From positions 7,816 through 71,815 of the forward strand of contig JAZTXJ010000046.1 in assembly GCA_045636285.1 (NCBI GenBank): DNA of 64,000 nucleotides, written 5' to 3'. This stretch comes from Eubacteriales bacterium. GTDB taxonomy: Bacteria; Bacillota; Clostridia; Oscillospirales; CAG-382. Shown here in pieces: positions 1 through 9,424 of the stretch. The position numbers and the translations under genes were made by a program. The notes below the pieces were generated by a model that saw only the letters and a list, made by a program, of their open reading frames with translations, had not been told where the DNA came from and searched no databases. Each line of letters starts with the position of its first letter. Positions within the stretch are counted from its first letter, which is position 1.

Positions 1-578
1 TTTTCCGCCGCCATCGGAGCTTCCTTCCATATTTCGCGGTATATTTCCTTCGGCGAATACACTCTGCCCGTATACGTCATCAGCAATTTCAGTATTTCGT
101 ATTCGGTCGGGGTAAGCTGTATCGGGATGCCGTCGCGCGTGACAAGCTTTGAATTGTCGTCGAGCTCGATACCGCCGACCGTGAGTATATGCGGCTTTAT
201 TTTGCCCGCACCCAGCTGCATATAACGGCGAAGCTGTGATTTCACCCTTGCCGAAACCTCGATCGGATTAAAGGGCTTTGTAATATAATCGTCCGCACCG
301 ACCGTAAGCCCCAAAATCTTGTCGCTGTCCTCGCTCTTTGCGGTAATAAGTATTATCGGGACGTTGCTTCTCTCGCGTATTTTCACCATAGCGGAAATAC
401 CGTCGAGCTCGGGCATCATAACATCCATAAGTATCAAATGTATATCCTCGCGCTCTATCGTTTCGAGCGCCTGATTGCCGTTAAAGGCTTCGAAAAGATT
501 ATGGTTCGGGTCTGTGAGATATATCTTGAGCGCGTTAACTATATCCTTGTCGTCGTCGCAAATAAGTATGTTATACAT
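1..578 (-). CDS. OmpR/PhoB-family response regulator; C-terminus runs off the window edge
   Basis: ATG at 578 follows a GGAG. Translation MYNILICDDDKDIV...DVMMPELDG...ITAKSEDSDK...GADDYITKPF is a receiver domain, followed by a winged-helix part (LTPTEYEILKLL). The frame is open to position 1. Confidence 0.85.
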   Translation of the reverse strand, partial: MYNILICDDDKDIVNALKIYLTDPNHNLFEAFNGNQALETIEREDIHLILMDVMMPELDGISAMVKIRERSNVPIILITAKSEDSDKILGLTVGADDYITKPFNPIEVSARVKSQLRRYMQLGAGKIKPHILTVGGIELDDNSKLVTRDGIPIQLTPTEYEILKLLMTYTGRVYSPKEIYREIWKEAPMAAE

Positions 579-610
579 ATAAGGCTTGCTCCTTTTCGGT
601 TTCTGGCACT

Positions 611-639
611 ATTATAGTACAAAAGTCTTGAATTTTAAA
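611..639 (-). promoter_or_regulatory. sigma-A-type promoter candidate for the response regulator gene
   Basis: Minus strand reads TTTAAA-N17-TATAAT, about 35 nt upstream of the ATG. Confidence 0.4.
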
Positions 640-685
640 GAGGGTAAAGCATTAAGAATTTATTAAGATGCGTCGGAAAAGCAAC

Positions 686-712
686 AAAAAAGCTCACTTT
701 GCGGTGAGCTTT
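686..712 (-). terminator. Rho-independent terminator after spoIIIAH
   Basis: Stem AAAGCTCAC/GTGAGCTTT with a 6-nt loop, followed by a T-run on the minus strand. It starts 9 nt after the stop codon. Confidence 0.7.
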
Positions 713-720
713 GATTTTTA

Positions 721-1362
721 TCAGGATTGTTTTTTCGCCTCGACGACGGTTATGTTGGTGACGGGAATTCCGGTCTGCTCGTAAACTATATCGGTTATCT
801 GTGTGAGCTCGTCGGGCAAAAGTCCGCTTTGGTTAACGATAACCGAACAGCTTTCGCCGCTTATAACCGCAACGCAATCGGCGATACCCTTTGCCTTTAT
901 AAGCGTTTCGATATTCGCCTCGGCAGACATATCGTCGGCAATATCGGCAATCGAAGCAAGCGCATCCTCCTTCGCATCGGGAAGCGTATCGGGGCTTTCG
1001 GCGATCTCGCGGAGCACCTCAAGCGCGGAATCACGCACTTGTGTACGGTTGATTATTGCCATTGCGAAGAAATCCTCTGCCGTTTCGGGCGAAGCGTTTA
1101 TGTTTTCGCCGCTTTCCGCATCGGCGTTGGTCTGGCTGTCGCCCGCCGCGCTCGAATCGACAAGCAGGGTGTTGCCGAGCACGCGGTTGCCCTCATCCTC
1201 GGGAACGTCCGTGCCGTTGTTTAGCAGACTGCTGACCAGCACCGCAACCCCGATAAGCATAATACAGCCGACGGTGATAAACGCCCTTGTGCCGATAAGC
1301 TTTTTGAAATCAACCTTTTCGATTTTTTCCTTTAACTTCCCGAATTGCTCTCTGATATCCAT
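721..1362 (-). CDS. spoIIIAH: stage III sporulation protein AH
   Basis: Last gene of the spoIIIA cluster. It has an N-terminal TM segment and an acidic linker, and SpoIIIAH-like C-terminal motifs (ETLIKAKG...AVISGESCSVIV). Start is taken at the internal ATG at 1362 with GGAGG upstream, not at the ORF-track start 1488. Confidence 0.8.
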   Translation of the reverse strand: MDIREQFGKLKEKIEKVDFKKLIGTRAFITVGCIMLIGVAVLVSSLLNNGTDVPEDEGNRVLGNTLLVDSSAAGDSQTNADAESGENINASPETAEDFFAMAIINRTQVRDSALEVLREIAESPDTLPDAKEDALASIADIADDMSAEANIETLIKAKGIADCVAVISGESCSVIVNQSGLLPDELTQITDIVYEQTGIPVTNITVVEAKKQS

Positions 1363-1391
1363 AATATCCTCCGTGTATAGCATATATTTGT

Positions 1392-1901
1392 TCAGGTCTG
1401 AACGCTTATGCGGTTGCTTTTTATATCGAAGAGCGCGCACATAAGCTCGATAATGCGATATTGAGTTTCGTAGGACGCGCTTCCGCACACCACCGCCACC
1501 CCCGCAACCTTCGGCATCGTTTCCTCGATAACGAGCGCCTCTTCTCCGTTTTCGCCGTCGGCAAGCACGATCGTTTTATCGGTCTGCTTGCCGTTTTCGT
1601 TCTCGTTGACGTGCTGGTCTGTGGCGTATATATAGCCGTATCCGCAATCGAGCGTGATAAACACCCTGCAATCCTTCACCTCGGGCAGCTCGCAGATAAG
1701 CTCCTGCGCCTTTGCTTCGAGCAGTGCACAGTATTCGGCGGAGGTAAGGTTGGCTTTTTCGCTGTTTGCGGCGGGTGCTTCTCCGCTTCCGCTCGGCATA
1801 AGCATAAGTGCAACCGAAGCGATCAGCCCGAAAACGATAAAGCCGAACCCCTTTTTCGAAGAAAGCGTCTTTAACCGTTCGGTCAGTCCTTCAGCCTTCA
1901 A
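1392..1901 (-). CDS. spoIIIAG: stage III sporulation protein AG
   Basis: 169 aa with an N-terminal TM segment. The C-terminal motif VAGVAVVCGSASYE...IIELMCALFDI is typical of SpoIIIAG. Position in the operon fits. Confidence 0.85.
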   Translation of the reverse strand: MKAEGLTERLKTLSSKKGFGFIVFGLIASVALMLMPSGSGEAPAANSEKANLTSAEYCALLEAKAQELICELPEVKDCRVFITLDCGYGYIYATDQHVNENENGKQTDKTIVLADGENGEEALVIEETMPKVAGVAVVCGSASYETQYRIIELMCALFDIKSNRISVQT

Positions 1902-2346
1902 TAACCGTCACCCCGCTTCCGAGCGTGTTTTCGAGATAAGCCGAGGTGCGTTCCGCGAAAGCGAAATCCCCGCCCGAAAGCGCGACCGTCACCTGCTCGA
2001 TTATCGGCTCTTCCTTATCCCAATCTATTCTTATGTCGGTATACAGCACCTTTATTCCGAATTCCGCAAAAACGATTTGCGATATATATTCCTCGGCGCG
2101 CTCCTCTGCCATTTCCGAAGCGAGCGCATAAAGCTCCGAGCCGCACTCTGCGGAATATGAATATTCGTCGCCGACGTAATCGGAAATTTCCGAAAGCTCA
2201 AGCTCCCTAAACGGCGAAATCATAATAACCATACAAACGAGCGAGGCTATGTACTTGACGTATTTTTCGAACCCGCCCCACGCGAGCAGAGTGCAGACCG
2301 TTCCGCAGACAGAGGCGGTAAGCAAAGCAAGAAAATATGAGCTCAT
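1891..2346 (-). CDS. spoIIIAF: stage III sporulation protein AF
   Basis: 151 aa with two N-terminal TM helices. It sits between spoIIIAE and spoIIIAG and overlaps both neighbours. Confidence 0.75.
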   Translation of the reverse strand: MSSYFLALLTASVCGTVCTLLAWGGFEKYVKYIASLVCMVIMISPFRELELSEISDYVGDEYSYSAECGSELYALASEMAEERAEEYISQIVFAEFGIKVLYTDIRIDWDKEEPIIEQVTVALSGGDFAFAERTSAYLENTLGSGVTVIEG

Positions 2347-3437
2347 ACCGTAATCCCCGTTTTAATAAACACCGCAAGCGCGATAATGCATACCGCGCCC
2401 GCACCGCAGGTAAGCGCGAGCAAAACACCCGTAAGCCCGCCCAAATCGTATAAAAACGCGCTTTCGCGCTCACAGCCGAGCGTTTTCGCACAGATTCCGC
2501 AGGCGGTGAGCATTAATCGGTGAAGCACGACCGCGATTATGGGCGGAAGCACCGCCGAAAGCACCAAAACCACCCCCGCCGCGCCCACCGTGCCCTTCAC
2601 CACCGAAACCGAGGCGATCACCGTGCGCGAGGCTTCGCCGAGCATACCGCCGATAACCGGCACGAAAACCCCGCTTGCGAATTTTATGCTTCGCGTAACG
2701 TAGGTATCGCCCGCGGAAGCAACGCTTGTCTGCAGGTAAAGCGCAAAGCCGAGCAGAGAAAACAAAAAAGCCATAAGCGTTGTCGCGGTGTTTTTCACAA
2801 GGCTCGTCACCGCGCTCAGATTCACGCTCTGCGGTACCGCACCGCAAAGACAGAGCGCGAACGATATTTGCAGAAGCGGAAGAAGCACCTTTGTGCAGAT
2901 ATTCGAAAGCACGGTAAGAAAAAGCGTAAGCCCCGCACCGCTTGCCGCGCCCGCGCCCACCGTTCCGCCCATTGCGTGAAGCGAAGCCATTATCGGCATA
3001 AGCGAGCTCATCGCAAGATTCAACGCCTCCATCGAAGCGATAATATATATAAATAAATTGTAGAAAACCGAATAAGTCACACCCGAGAGGGCAAGCACCG
3101 AAATATAGCGGCAAACAGGCGAAAGTATTCCCGAATCCGAAAAATCAAAGGCGTTCATAACTCCGGAAAGCAAAATGACCGAAATCACCGCGCCGAACGA
3201 GCGCAAAAGCGAGCCGCCCTTGCCGTTAAGATAATCGGTGATTATTATTACCGCCTTTTCGAATACATTTATGCTTTTATCGCCCGAAAGCTCGTCCCTC
3301 GAAAGATATTCGTTTTGGATCTCTTCTGCGTTTGCGGCGTCGGCAATGCTTTGCGCCTCTTCGGAATATGCGCTCGCGTTGACCGCCGTGAGCATTAACA
3401 GCAGAAGAACGAAAATCGGTATCAGCGTTTTTTTCAT
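2343..3437 (-). CDS. spoIIIAE: stage III sporulation protein AE
   Basis: 364 aa with a signal peptide, then a polytopic Gly/Ala-rich membrane domain. Order in the operon fits. Confidence 0.85.
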   Translation of the reverse strand: MKKTLIPIFVLLLLMLTAVNASAYSEEAQSIADAANAEEIQNEYLSRDELSGDKSINVFEKAVIIITDYLNGKGGSLLRSFGAVISVILLSGVMNAFDFSDSGILSPVCRYISVLALSGVTYSVFYNLFIYIIASMEALNLAMSSLMPIMASLHAMGGTVGAGAASGAGLTLFLTVLSNICTKVLLPLLQISFALCLCGAVPQSVNLSAVTSLVKNTATTLMAFLFSLLGFALYLQTSVASAGDTYVTRSIKFASGVFVPVIGGMLGEASRTVIASVSVVKGTVGAAGVVLVLSAVLPPIIAVVLHRLMLTACGICAKTLGCERESAFLYDLGGLTGVLLALTCGAGAVCIIALAVFIKTGITV

Positions 3438-3817
3438 TTCAGCAGATCCTTTGCGATTTCAAAAAGCTGTTGTATTACGGGCAGGCTTATTAAAATTATC
3501 CCAGCCTTCCCCGCAAGCTCGATATGCGCTCCGAGCGCGCCCTCTCCGCAATCGCGGCAGATTTCCGATGAAAGCTTACAGCAAAAGGATATTGCGAGCG
3601 CCTTTATCATAAGCGCGAAATAGCTTGCAAGCCCTTGCTCCTCCGCTATCCCGCGTACGAGCGAAATAAACGGCGCGACGGATTCCGCCGCATAACCGAA
3701 AATAAGCACCGCGGAAACGGCGGAAGCGAGCTCGGCAAGCTCGGGGCGCAGTCTTCTTATCGTTGCGATCGCGCAGGCGGCGGCTATTCCGAACCCGCAC
3801 AGTGCCGTAATACTCAC
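3434..3817 (-). CDS. spoIIIAD: stage III sporulation protein AD
   Basis: 127-aa membrane protein with a 4-nt overlap to spoIIIAE. Confidence 0.85.
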   Translation of the reverse strand: MSITALCGFGIAAACAIATIRRLRPELAELASAVSAVLIFGYAAESVAPFISLVRGIAEEQGLASYFALMIKALAISFCCKLSSEICRDCGEGALGAHIELAGKAGIILISLPVIQQLFEIAKDLLK

Positions 3818-4008
3818 AGCCCGAAAACGCTTTTAAGCGTCGAAAACAGCGTGCTTATTTCCCCCGCGAGCAGAAGCATTGCGATTATCACACCCGCAAC
3901 GGTAACAAAGGTTGCCTGCTCGTCGCGCCCGCTTTTTTGAAGTATCTGGCAGGCGACGCTCACCACAATGCCGATGCCCGCTATTTTTAATACAAGTGAA
4001 ATCCCCAC
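3814..4008 (-). CDS. spoIIIAC: stage III sporulation protein AC
   Basis: 64 aa. The motif KIAGIGIVVSV is like B. subtilis SpoIIIAC (QIAGVGIVVA). Confidence 0.85.
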   Translation of the reverse strand: MGISLVLKIAGIGIVVSVACQILQKSGRDEQATFVTVAGVIIAMLLLAGEISTLFSTLKSVFGL

Positions 4009-4018
4009 AGCTTTGCTC

Positions 4019-4504
4019 CTATAAGAGAATTATTGCCGTTATAAGTCCTATGATAAGGCAGACGGTTTTGGTGCTTTTCTGCTTTTCGGGAAGCGTTTTC
4101 GCCGCGCTGTTCCGCGCGCCCTCGAGCATTGCAATACAGCCGTCGAGCCGTTTTAATTGTTCGTCGAGCGGAAGGCTTCCGAGCGCTTCCCCGAACAAGC
4201 ACAGCTCGCGCTTTACTCCGTTTTCGATAAAAAGCAGCTCTACCGCTTGGCGCCACACACTGCCGAGCATCGCTCTCTGCGAGCGCAAAAGCGGAAGAAA
4301 GCCGCATTTTTCGAGCCGTTCGTTTTCGTATTCGGCGAAAATACGGTATAGCGGTATCCGCTCGCCGTATATCCTTCTCCGCATACAGCAAAGGAACGAA
4401 ACGAGCGCTTCGAGCGTGAACAGTCTTTCCTTCTCGCCCGCGGCGAGCATCGCGCCCGCCGTATAGGAGCAGAGCGTTAAAGCAATCGCGCCTATCCAAT
4501 TCAT
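4019..4504 (-). CDS. spoIIIAB: stage III sporulation protein AB
   Basis: 161 aa with TM helices at both termini. It sits between spoIIIAA and spoIIIAC. Confidence 0.8.
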   Translation of the reverse strand: MNWIGAIALTLCSYTAGAMLAAGEKERLFTLEALVSFLCCMRRRIYGERIPLYRIFAEYENERLEKCGFLPLLRSQRAMLGSVWRQAVELLFIENGVKRELCLFGEALGSLPLDEQLKRLDGCIAMLEGARNSAAKTLPEKQKSTKTVCLIIGLITAIILL

Positions 4505-5382
4505 AAAAGCTCCCTCGAAATTACGGCACAGCGATCGGCGTTCAGCGTCACAAACAGCGAAAACACGCCCGATTCGATAAGTCCTTTAAGCCTGCCGCGC
4601 TTCAAAAGCGCGCCTGCGCTCTCGCAATGAGCCGAAGCGATAAGCGTTACACCCGTGTTTTGCGCCTCGGCAACCGCTTCCGCTTCGGATGCGCTTATTT
4701 CATCGCATATTATTATTTCGGGCGACATCGTTCTCGTAAGCATGGTTATCGCCTGCGCCTTCGGTATGCCCGAAAGTATATCGCAAAGCCCGCCGACCGC
4801 CGTCCCCGCCGCGATTTCACAGCGCTCGTCGGCAATACAAACCCGCTTCGGCGCAATGCCCGTCCCGCCCGAAAGCAGATAAGCGGCACTGCGCAGGAAC
4901 GTGGTTTTCCCCATTGCGGGGGGCGAGCACACCAGCGCAGAGCAGATTCCGTTTTGCGAAAAATACCGCACGAGAGGGCTTGCGGCGTTCGGAATAAGTC
5001 GGTGCAATCTTATCGAAACCGAGCAGATTTCGGCAAAGCCGCCCTTGCCGTCCGACCTTCCGCACACCCCTGCCCTGCCGCCCTCGGCAAGCGGAATAAA
5101 CCCCTGTGCGATAAATTCGTCGCAGGTATAGCGCGAGCTTTCGGTCAGCCGAAGCAGACATTCGTTAATTTCCTCCGCGCTTGCCTTTAACGCTTTTTGT
5201 ATCGGGCAGAGCACGCCGTTTTCGTCGAAGGTTATATTTCTCTGCCCTGCGGTTGCCGAAACCGCCGCCCCTTTTCTCAGACGAATTTCGTCTAACGCTT
5301 CGAATATTTCGGGCGGGAGCAGATGAACCGCGCGCGATATGCGAAGCGGCAGATAACGGAAAAGAAGTTCGGACGTGTTCAT
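4501..5382 (-). CDS. spoIIIAA: stage III sporulation protein AA (AAA-type ATPase)
   Basis: 293 aa with Walker A SPPAMGKTTFLRS and Walker B IIICDEI. It is the first gene of the spoIIIA cluster. Confidence 0.88.
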   Translation of the reverse strand: MNTSELLFRYLPLRISRAVHLLPPEIFEALDEIRLRKGAAVSATAGQRNITFDENGVLCPIQKALKASAEEINECLLRLTESSRYTCDEFIAQGFIPLAEGGRAGVCGRSDGKGGFAEICSVSIRLHRLIPNAASPLVRYFSQNGICSALVCSPPAMGKTTFLRSAAYLLSGGTGIAPKRVCIADERCEIAAGTAVGGLCDILSGIPKAQAITMLTRTMSPEIIICDEISASEAEAVAEAQNTGVTLIASAHCESAGALLKRGRLKGLIESGVFSLFVTLNADRCAVISRELL

Positions 5383-6917
5383 CGCTTCAGCCTTTCGGCA
5401 AGCGCCTTTATACGCTCAAACGCGAACAGAAGCAGAAACAGCGCAAACACGCCGATATATACCGCCGTACCCGCCGCCGCGCCCGCCGTGCGCGATAACG
5501 GAAAGAGCTTTAGCAAACCGCGTGCCGCAACCCCCGAAGCAAGCGCGCTCACGAGCGGAAGCGTTATATCGGTCACCCAGCGCGGCTTTATTCCCGTTAC
5601 CTTAAAGAGCCTTATTCTGCAAAGCAGATATGTAAAGGTGTTTGAAATCACGAGCAGCCACAGATAACCCCTGTCCCCCGTGCGCGAAACGAGCAAAAGT
5701 ATCAAAAGCACGCGCAGAACCGAATTGTATACCGAAAATTTAAGCGTCTGCACCTGCTCGCCTATCGCCTTTAAAAGCCCGTCGCTCACCGTTTCGACGT
5801 ACATAAACGGCGTAACGAGCGAAAGTATCTTTATCGCGCCCGCCGTATTTCGGTTGGGATAAAAGGCTTCTCCGATTTCGTAGCTCAAAAAGAAGAACAT
5901 TCCCCCTACCGCCACCGAAAGAATAGAAACGAACGACATTATCGAGCTTATTCTCGCATACAGCGGACGTCTGTCGGAAAGCAGGTTCAAACGGCTTATT
6001 TCGGGTGTAAAAACCGAAACAAGACTTGCCAGAAATGCGAACGGGAAAAAGAGTATCGGCACGACCATTCCGCGTATCATACCGAACTGCGAAAGCGCGT
6101 ATCCTCTGTCGCCCGAATAGCTTTCGAAAACATAGGGAATAAGCAGGGTTTCGGCTGTGTGCAGAATACTCGTAAGATAAACCGAAAGCGAAATCGGAAG
6201 CGTTACGCTTATAAGCGAGCGCATGCTGTCGGCTCGGCTTTCGGTCGGCTTGTCGCCGCTCCTTCTTCGGTTCGGAATAACGCAGAACAAGAGCAGATAG
6301 GTAAACGAGCAGATTTCCGAAACCGTAACCCCCGTCACTATCCCCGCGCAAAGCGTTCCTATATCGTCCGAGCCCGACATTATGATATTCAGAAACAGCG
6401 CTATAACCGAAATTTTCACGATTTGCTCGAAAAGGCTTGCCGACGAAGTCACCGTCACCCTCTGCTTCGCGATAAACCAACCCTTCAAGCAGGCGGCGAT
6501 CGCCATAAACGGCATACTGAGCGCGAGTATGCGAAGCGGCTGTGCACAGCGCGCGTCGCCGAGAAATTTAACCGCCGTAATATCGGCAAAGCCGAGCATA
6601 AGCACCGTCGCCGCAACGCTTATCACCGCCGAGGCGGCAAACGAATTGTTGAGCAGCAAACGCGCGTCGCTCCCGCTTCGCTCGTTCTTTTCGGCAACAA
6701 GCCGCGAAACCGAAACGGTAAAGCCCGCTGTCGCAAAGGTGGAAAACATTGTATAAACACTCATAATAAGCTGATAGAGCCCCATGCCCTCGCTTCCGAT
6801 ACGCGACGAAAGAAACAGTCTTAAAAATACGCCCAAAAGCTTGTTTATGAGCGAAAACACCGTCATCGCCGCCGCACCCTTTATGAGTACGCCCGCTCTG
6901 CCTTTTATATCGATCAC
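5379..6917 (-). CDS. spoVB: MOP-superfamily flippase, SpoVB-like (stage V sporulation protein B)
   Basis: 512-aa polytopic protein. The N-terminal pattern GSEGMGLYQLIMSVY...ATAGFTVSVSRLVAE parallels B. subtilis SpoVB. Its stop overlaps the spoIIIAA start by 4 nt. Confidence 0.7.
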   Translation of the reverse strand: MIDIKGRAGVLIKGAAAMTVFSLINKLLGVFLRLFLSSRIGSEGMGLYQLIMSVYTMFSTFATAGFTVSVSRLVAEKNERSGSDARLLLNNSFAASAVISVAATVLMLGFADITAVKFLGDARCAQPLRILALSMPFMAIAACLKGWFIAKQRVTVTSSASLFEQIVKISVIALFLNIIMSGSDDIGTLCAGIVTGVTVSEICSFTYLLLFCVIPNRRRSGDKPTESRADSMRSLISVTLPISLSVYLTSILHTAETLLIPYVFESYSGDRGYALSQFGMIRGMVVPILFFPFAFLASLVSVFTPEISRLNLLSDRRPLYARISSIMSFVSILSVAVGGMFFFLSYEIGEAFYPNRNTAGAIKILSLVTPFMYVETVSDGLLKAIGEQVQTLKFSVYNSVLRVLLILLLVSRTGDRGYLWLLVISNTFTYLLCRIRLFKVTGIKPRWVTDITLPLVSALASGVAARGLLKLFPLSRTAGAAAGTAVYIGVFALFLLLFAFERIKALAERLKR

Positions 6918-6923
6918 TCCGTT

Positions 6924-8120
6924 TTATTTTCTGAACAAAAGGGTGGTAAACAGCTTGGAAAGCAACGAAAAATAAGAAATCTCCGCTATATCCTCGTCGA
7001 CATATATACAGGTGCGCCCCACAAGCTCGTTTTCGCGGTAATAGGAAACGGTCCCCACCTCTTTCCCGCGCGTTGTCGGCGCTTCAATGCTTTCGCAAAG
7101 CTCGATTTTCGCTTCGAGCCCGCCCTTTGCTCCCTTTTCGGTAAGAATGGTTATCGGCTCCGCTATAAGCCTTGCCGAATCCTTGACTCCTCGCTTTACC
7201 TTCAGCGGCTCTAAATTCGGAAGCTCGGGCGTGATGATTGCATAGTTTGCAAATCCGTAATCGAGCAGTCCCTTTGCCGCGGCAAAGCGTTTATCGCTCG
7301 TTTCGGCGCCCAGAACAACGGCAATAAGCTTCATTCCGTCGCGCTCCGCCGTGCCCGAAAGGCAATATTTCGCTTCGCCAGTGAACCCCGTTTTCATTCC
7401 CGTCGCGCCCTTGTAAAAGCGAATGAGCTTGTTCGTGTTCGCCAGCCCGAAGCTGCCGTTGCGAATGGTGTCCATCCATATTTTCGTGTAGTTGAATATA
7501 AGCTCGTGCTTCATCAGCTCGCGCGTGATGATCGCGACGTCAAGCGCGCAGGAATAGTGGTTTTCGGCGGGGAGTCCGTTCGTGTTCACGAAATTGCTGT
7601 TTTCGCAGCCGAGCTCGCGCGCTCGCTCGTTCATCGCCTGAACGAACGCCGATTCGCTCCCGCATATATATTCCCCCAGCGCGACGGTCGCATCGTTTGC
7701 CGAAACGACAACGAGCGATTTAAGCAGATCGTTTACCGACATCTGCTCGCCCGGCTCCAAAAACACCTGCGAGCCGCCCATGCTTGCCGCGTATTCCGAA
7801 ACGGTCACGCTGTCGTTAAGCGTTATTTTTCCGCTGTCTATCGCTTCGACAACAAGAAGCGTGCTTATCACCTTCGTGACCGAGGCGATGGGAAGGTGCT
7901 CGCGCTCGTTTTCGGCAAAAAGCACTCTGCCGGTTGAATATTCCATTAAGAGCAACGCCTTCGCGCTTCCGTCGCTCACGTATTCCGCGCCCGCGGGCTC
8001 AAACCAGAAATCGCCTATTTCGGCATCGTAAGGATAAACGGCGGCTTGCTCGGTCGCGCCCGCCGTGATCGACGGAAAAATAAAAACAAGGGAAAGCAAT
8101 ACGGATATTAGCTTTTTCAT
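6924..8120 (-). CDS. D-alanyl-D-alanine carboxypeptidase (PBP5 class, DacB/DacF-like)
   Basis: Has a signal peptide, an SxxK motif (ASVTKV), an SGN-like motif (SANDA) and a KTG motif (MKTGFTG), plus a PBP5-type C-terminal domain. Confidence 0.85.
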   Translation of the reverse strand: MKKLISVLLSLVFIFPSITAGATEQAAVYPYDAEIGDFWFEPAGAEYVSDGSAKALLLMEYSTGRVLFAENEREHLPIASVTKVISTLLVVEAIDSGKITLNDSVTVSEYAASMGGSQVFLEPGEQMSVNDLLKSLVVVSANDATVALGEYICGSESAFVQAMNERARELGCENSNFVNTNGLPAENHYSCALDVAIITRELMKHELIFNYTKIWMDTIRNGSFGLANTNKLIRFYKGATGMKTGFTGEAKYCLSGTAERDGMKLIAVVLGAETSDKRFAAAKGLLDYGFANYAIITPELPNLEPLKVKRGVKDSARLIAEPITILTEKGAKGGLEAKIELCESIEAPTTRGKEVGTVSYYRENELVGRTCIYVDEDIAEISYFSLLSKLFTTLLFRK

Positions 8121-8235
8121 ATAATTTCTCTCTTTCGGCTGTACTCGTTAAATCCTATTCAGCCCCCTGCTTTGTTTATGTCAAAAAAATAAATCGAAAA
8201 AATAAAAAAATTATTGAAAAAAACCGAAAATTTTT

Positions 8236-8264
8236 CTTGTATTTCGCGTTATTAACTGCTATAA
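8236..8264 (+). promoter_or_regulatory. sigma-A-type promoter TTGTAT-N17-TATAAT upstream of guaA-like gene
   Basis: Hexamers at 8236-8241 and 8259-8264, preceded by about 100 bp of phased A-tracts. Confidence 0.55.
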
Positions 8265-8307
8265 TATTTCATCATATTTTTTTAAATACAAATGGAGGAT
8301 CCCATCA

Positions 8308-9309
8308 ATGCAAAATAACCTTCGCCCCGAATCTATGGCTCGTATAACTAATTTCGAGCTCGCAAACGCGTTTATCGAAGAACAAATCGCAGAAATCCGC
8401 GCTCAGGTAGGCGATAAGAAGGTTCTGCTCGCTCTTTCGGGCGGCGTGGACTCCTCTGTTGTTGCCGCTTTGCTCGTAAAGGCTATCGGCAAGCAGCTCG
8501 TCTGCGTTCACGTTAACCACGGTCTTATGCGTAAGGATGAATCCGAAAACGTCGTTAAGATCTTCAAAGACGAGCTCGACGCTAACCTTATCTACGTCGA
8601 TGCGACCGACCGCTTCCTTAACCTTCTCGCAAACGTTTCCGATCCCGAAAGCAAGAGAAAGATTATCGGCGCGGAATTCATAAACGTTTTTGCCGATGAA
8701 GCACGCAAGCTCGAAGGCGTTTCCTTCCTCGCACAGGGCACCATCTATCCCGATATTCTCGAAAGCGTTAAGCAGGCAGAAGGCAAAAAGGCGGTAAAAT
8801 CGCACCACAACGTCGGCGGTCTTCCCGAAGATTTGCAGTTCGAGCTTGTAGAACCTATCAAGCTCCTTTATAAAGACGAAGTACGCGTTGTCGGCGAAGC
8901 TCTCGGCTTGCCTCACGCAATGGTTTACCGTCAGCCGTTCCCCGGTCCCGGACTCGGTGTTCGCTGCCTTGGCGCTATCACGCGTGACAGATTGAACGCA
9001 CTCCGCGAAGCAGACGCTATTCTTCGCGAGGAATTCGATATTTGCGGTCTTGCCGAAAAGGTTTGGCAGTACTTTATCGTTATTCCCGATATTAAATCGG
9101 TCGGCGTTAAGGACGACAGCCGCTATGAAGGCTGGCCCGCAATCATCCGCGCCGTCAATACGCTCGATGCAATGACCGCTTCGATCGAAGAAATCCCCTA
9201 TGCAGTGCTTCATAAGATCACTCTCCGTATCACTAACGAGGTAGAGGGCATTAACCGCGTTCTCTACGACCTCACACCGAAGCCCTGCGGAACAATCGAG
9301 TGGGAATAA
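8308..9309 (+). CDS. guaA: GMP synthase ATP-pyrophosphatase plus dimerisation domains only (no glutamine amidotransferase domain)
   Basis: Has the P-loop ALSGGVDSSV, QGTIYPD, KSHHNVGGLP and the canonical C-terminal TIEWE. At 333 aa it corresponds to only the C-terminal two-thirds of a fused GuaA. Confidence 0.85.
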   Translation: MQNNLRPESMARITNFELANAFIEEQIAEIRAQVGDKKVLLALSGGVDSSVVAALLVKAIGKQLVCVHVNHGLMRKDESENVVKIFKDELDANLIYVDATDRFLNLLANVSDPESKRKIIGAEFINVFADEARKLEGVSFLAQGTIYPDILESVKQAEGKKAVKSHHNVGGLPEDLQFELVEPIKLLYKDEVRVVGEALGLPHAMVYRQPFPGPGLGVRCLGAITRDRLNALREADAILREEFDICGLAEKVWQYFIVIPDIKSVGVKDDSRYEGWPAIIRAVNTLDAMTASIEEIPYAVLHKITLRITNEVEGINRVLYDLTPKPCGTIEWE

Positions 9310-9351
9310 GCTTTGCCGAGCAAAAAGCTTTAAAATAAATTCAAGATACAC

Positions 9352-9386
9352 AAGCGGCTCCGAATTACGATTTCGAGCCGCTTTTT
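9352..9386 (+). terminator. Rho-independent terminator after guaA-like gene
   Basis: Stem AAGCGGCTC(C)GAA / TTCGAGCCGCTT followed by TTTTT. Confidence 0.7.
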
Positions 9387-9424
9387 GTAAATACGTTCAC
9401 GACGGTTCCCGACAGGTAAAGAAT

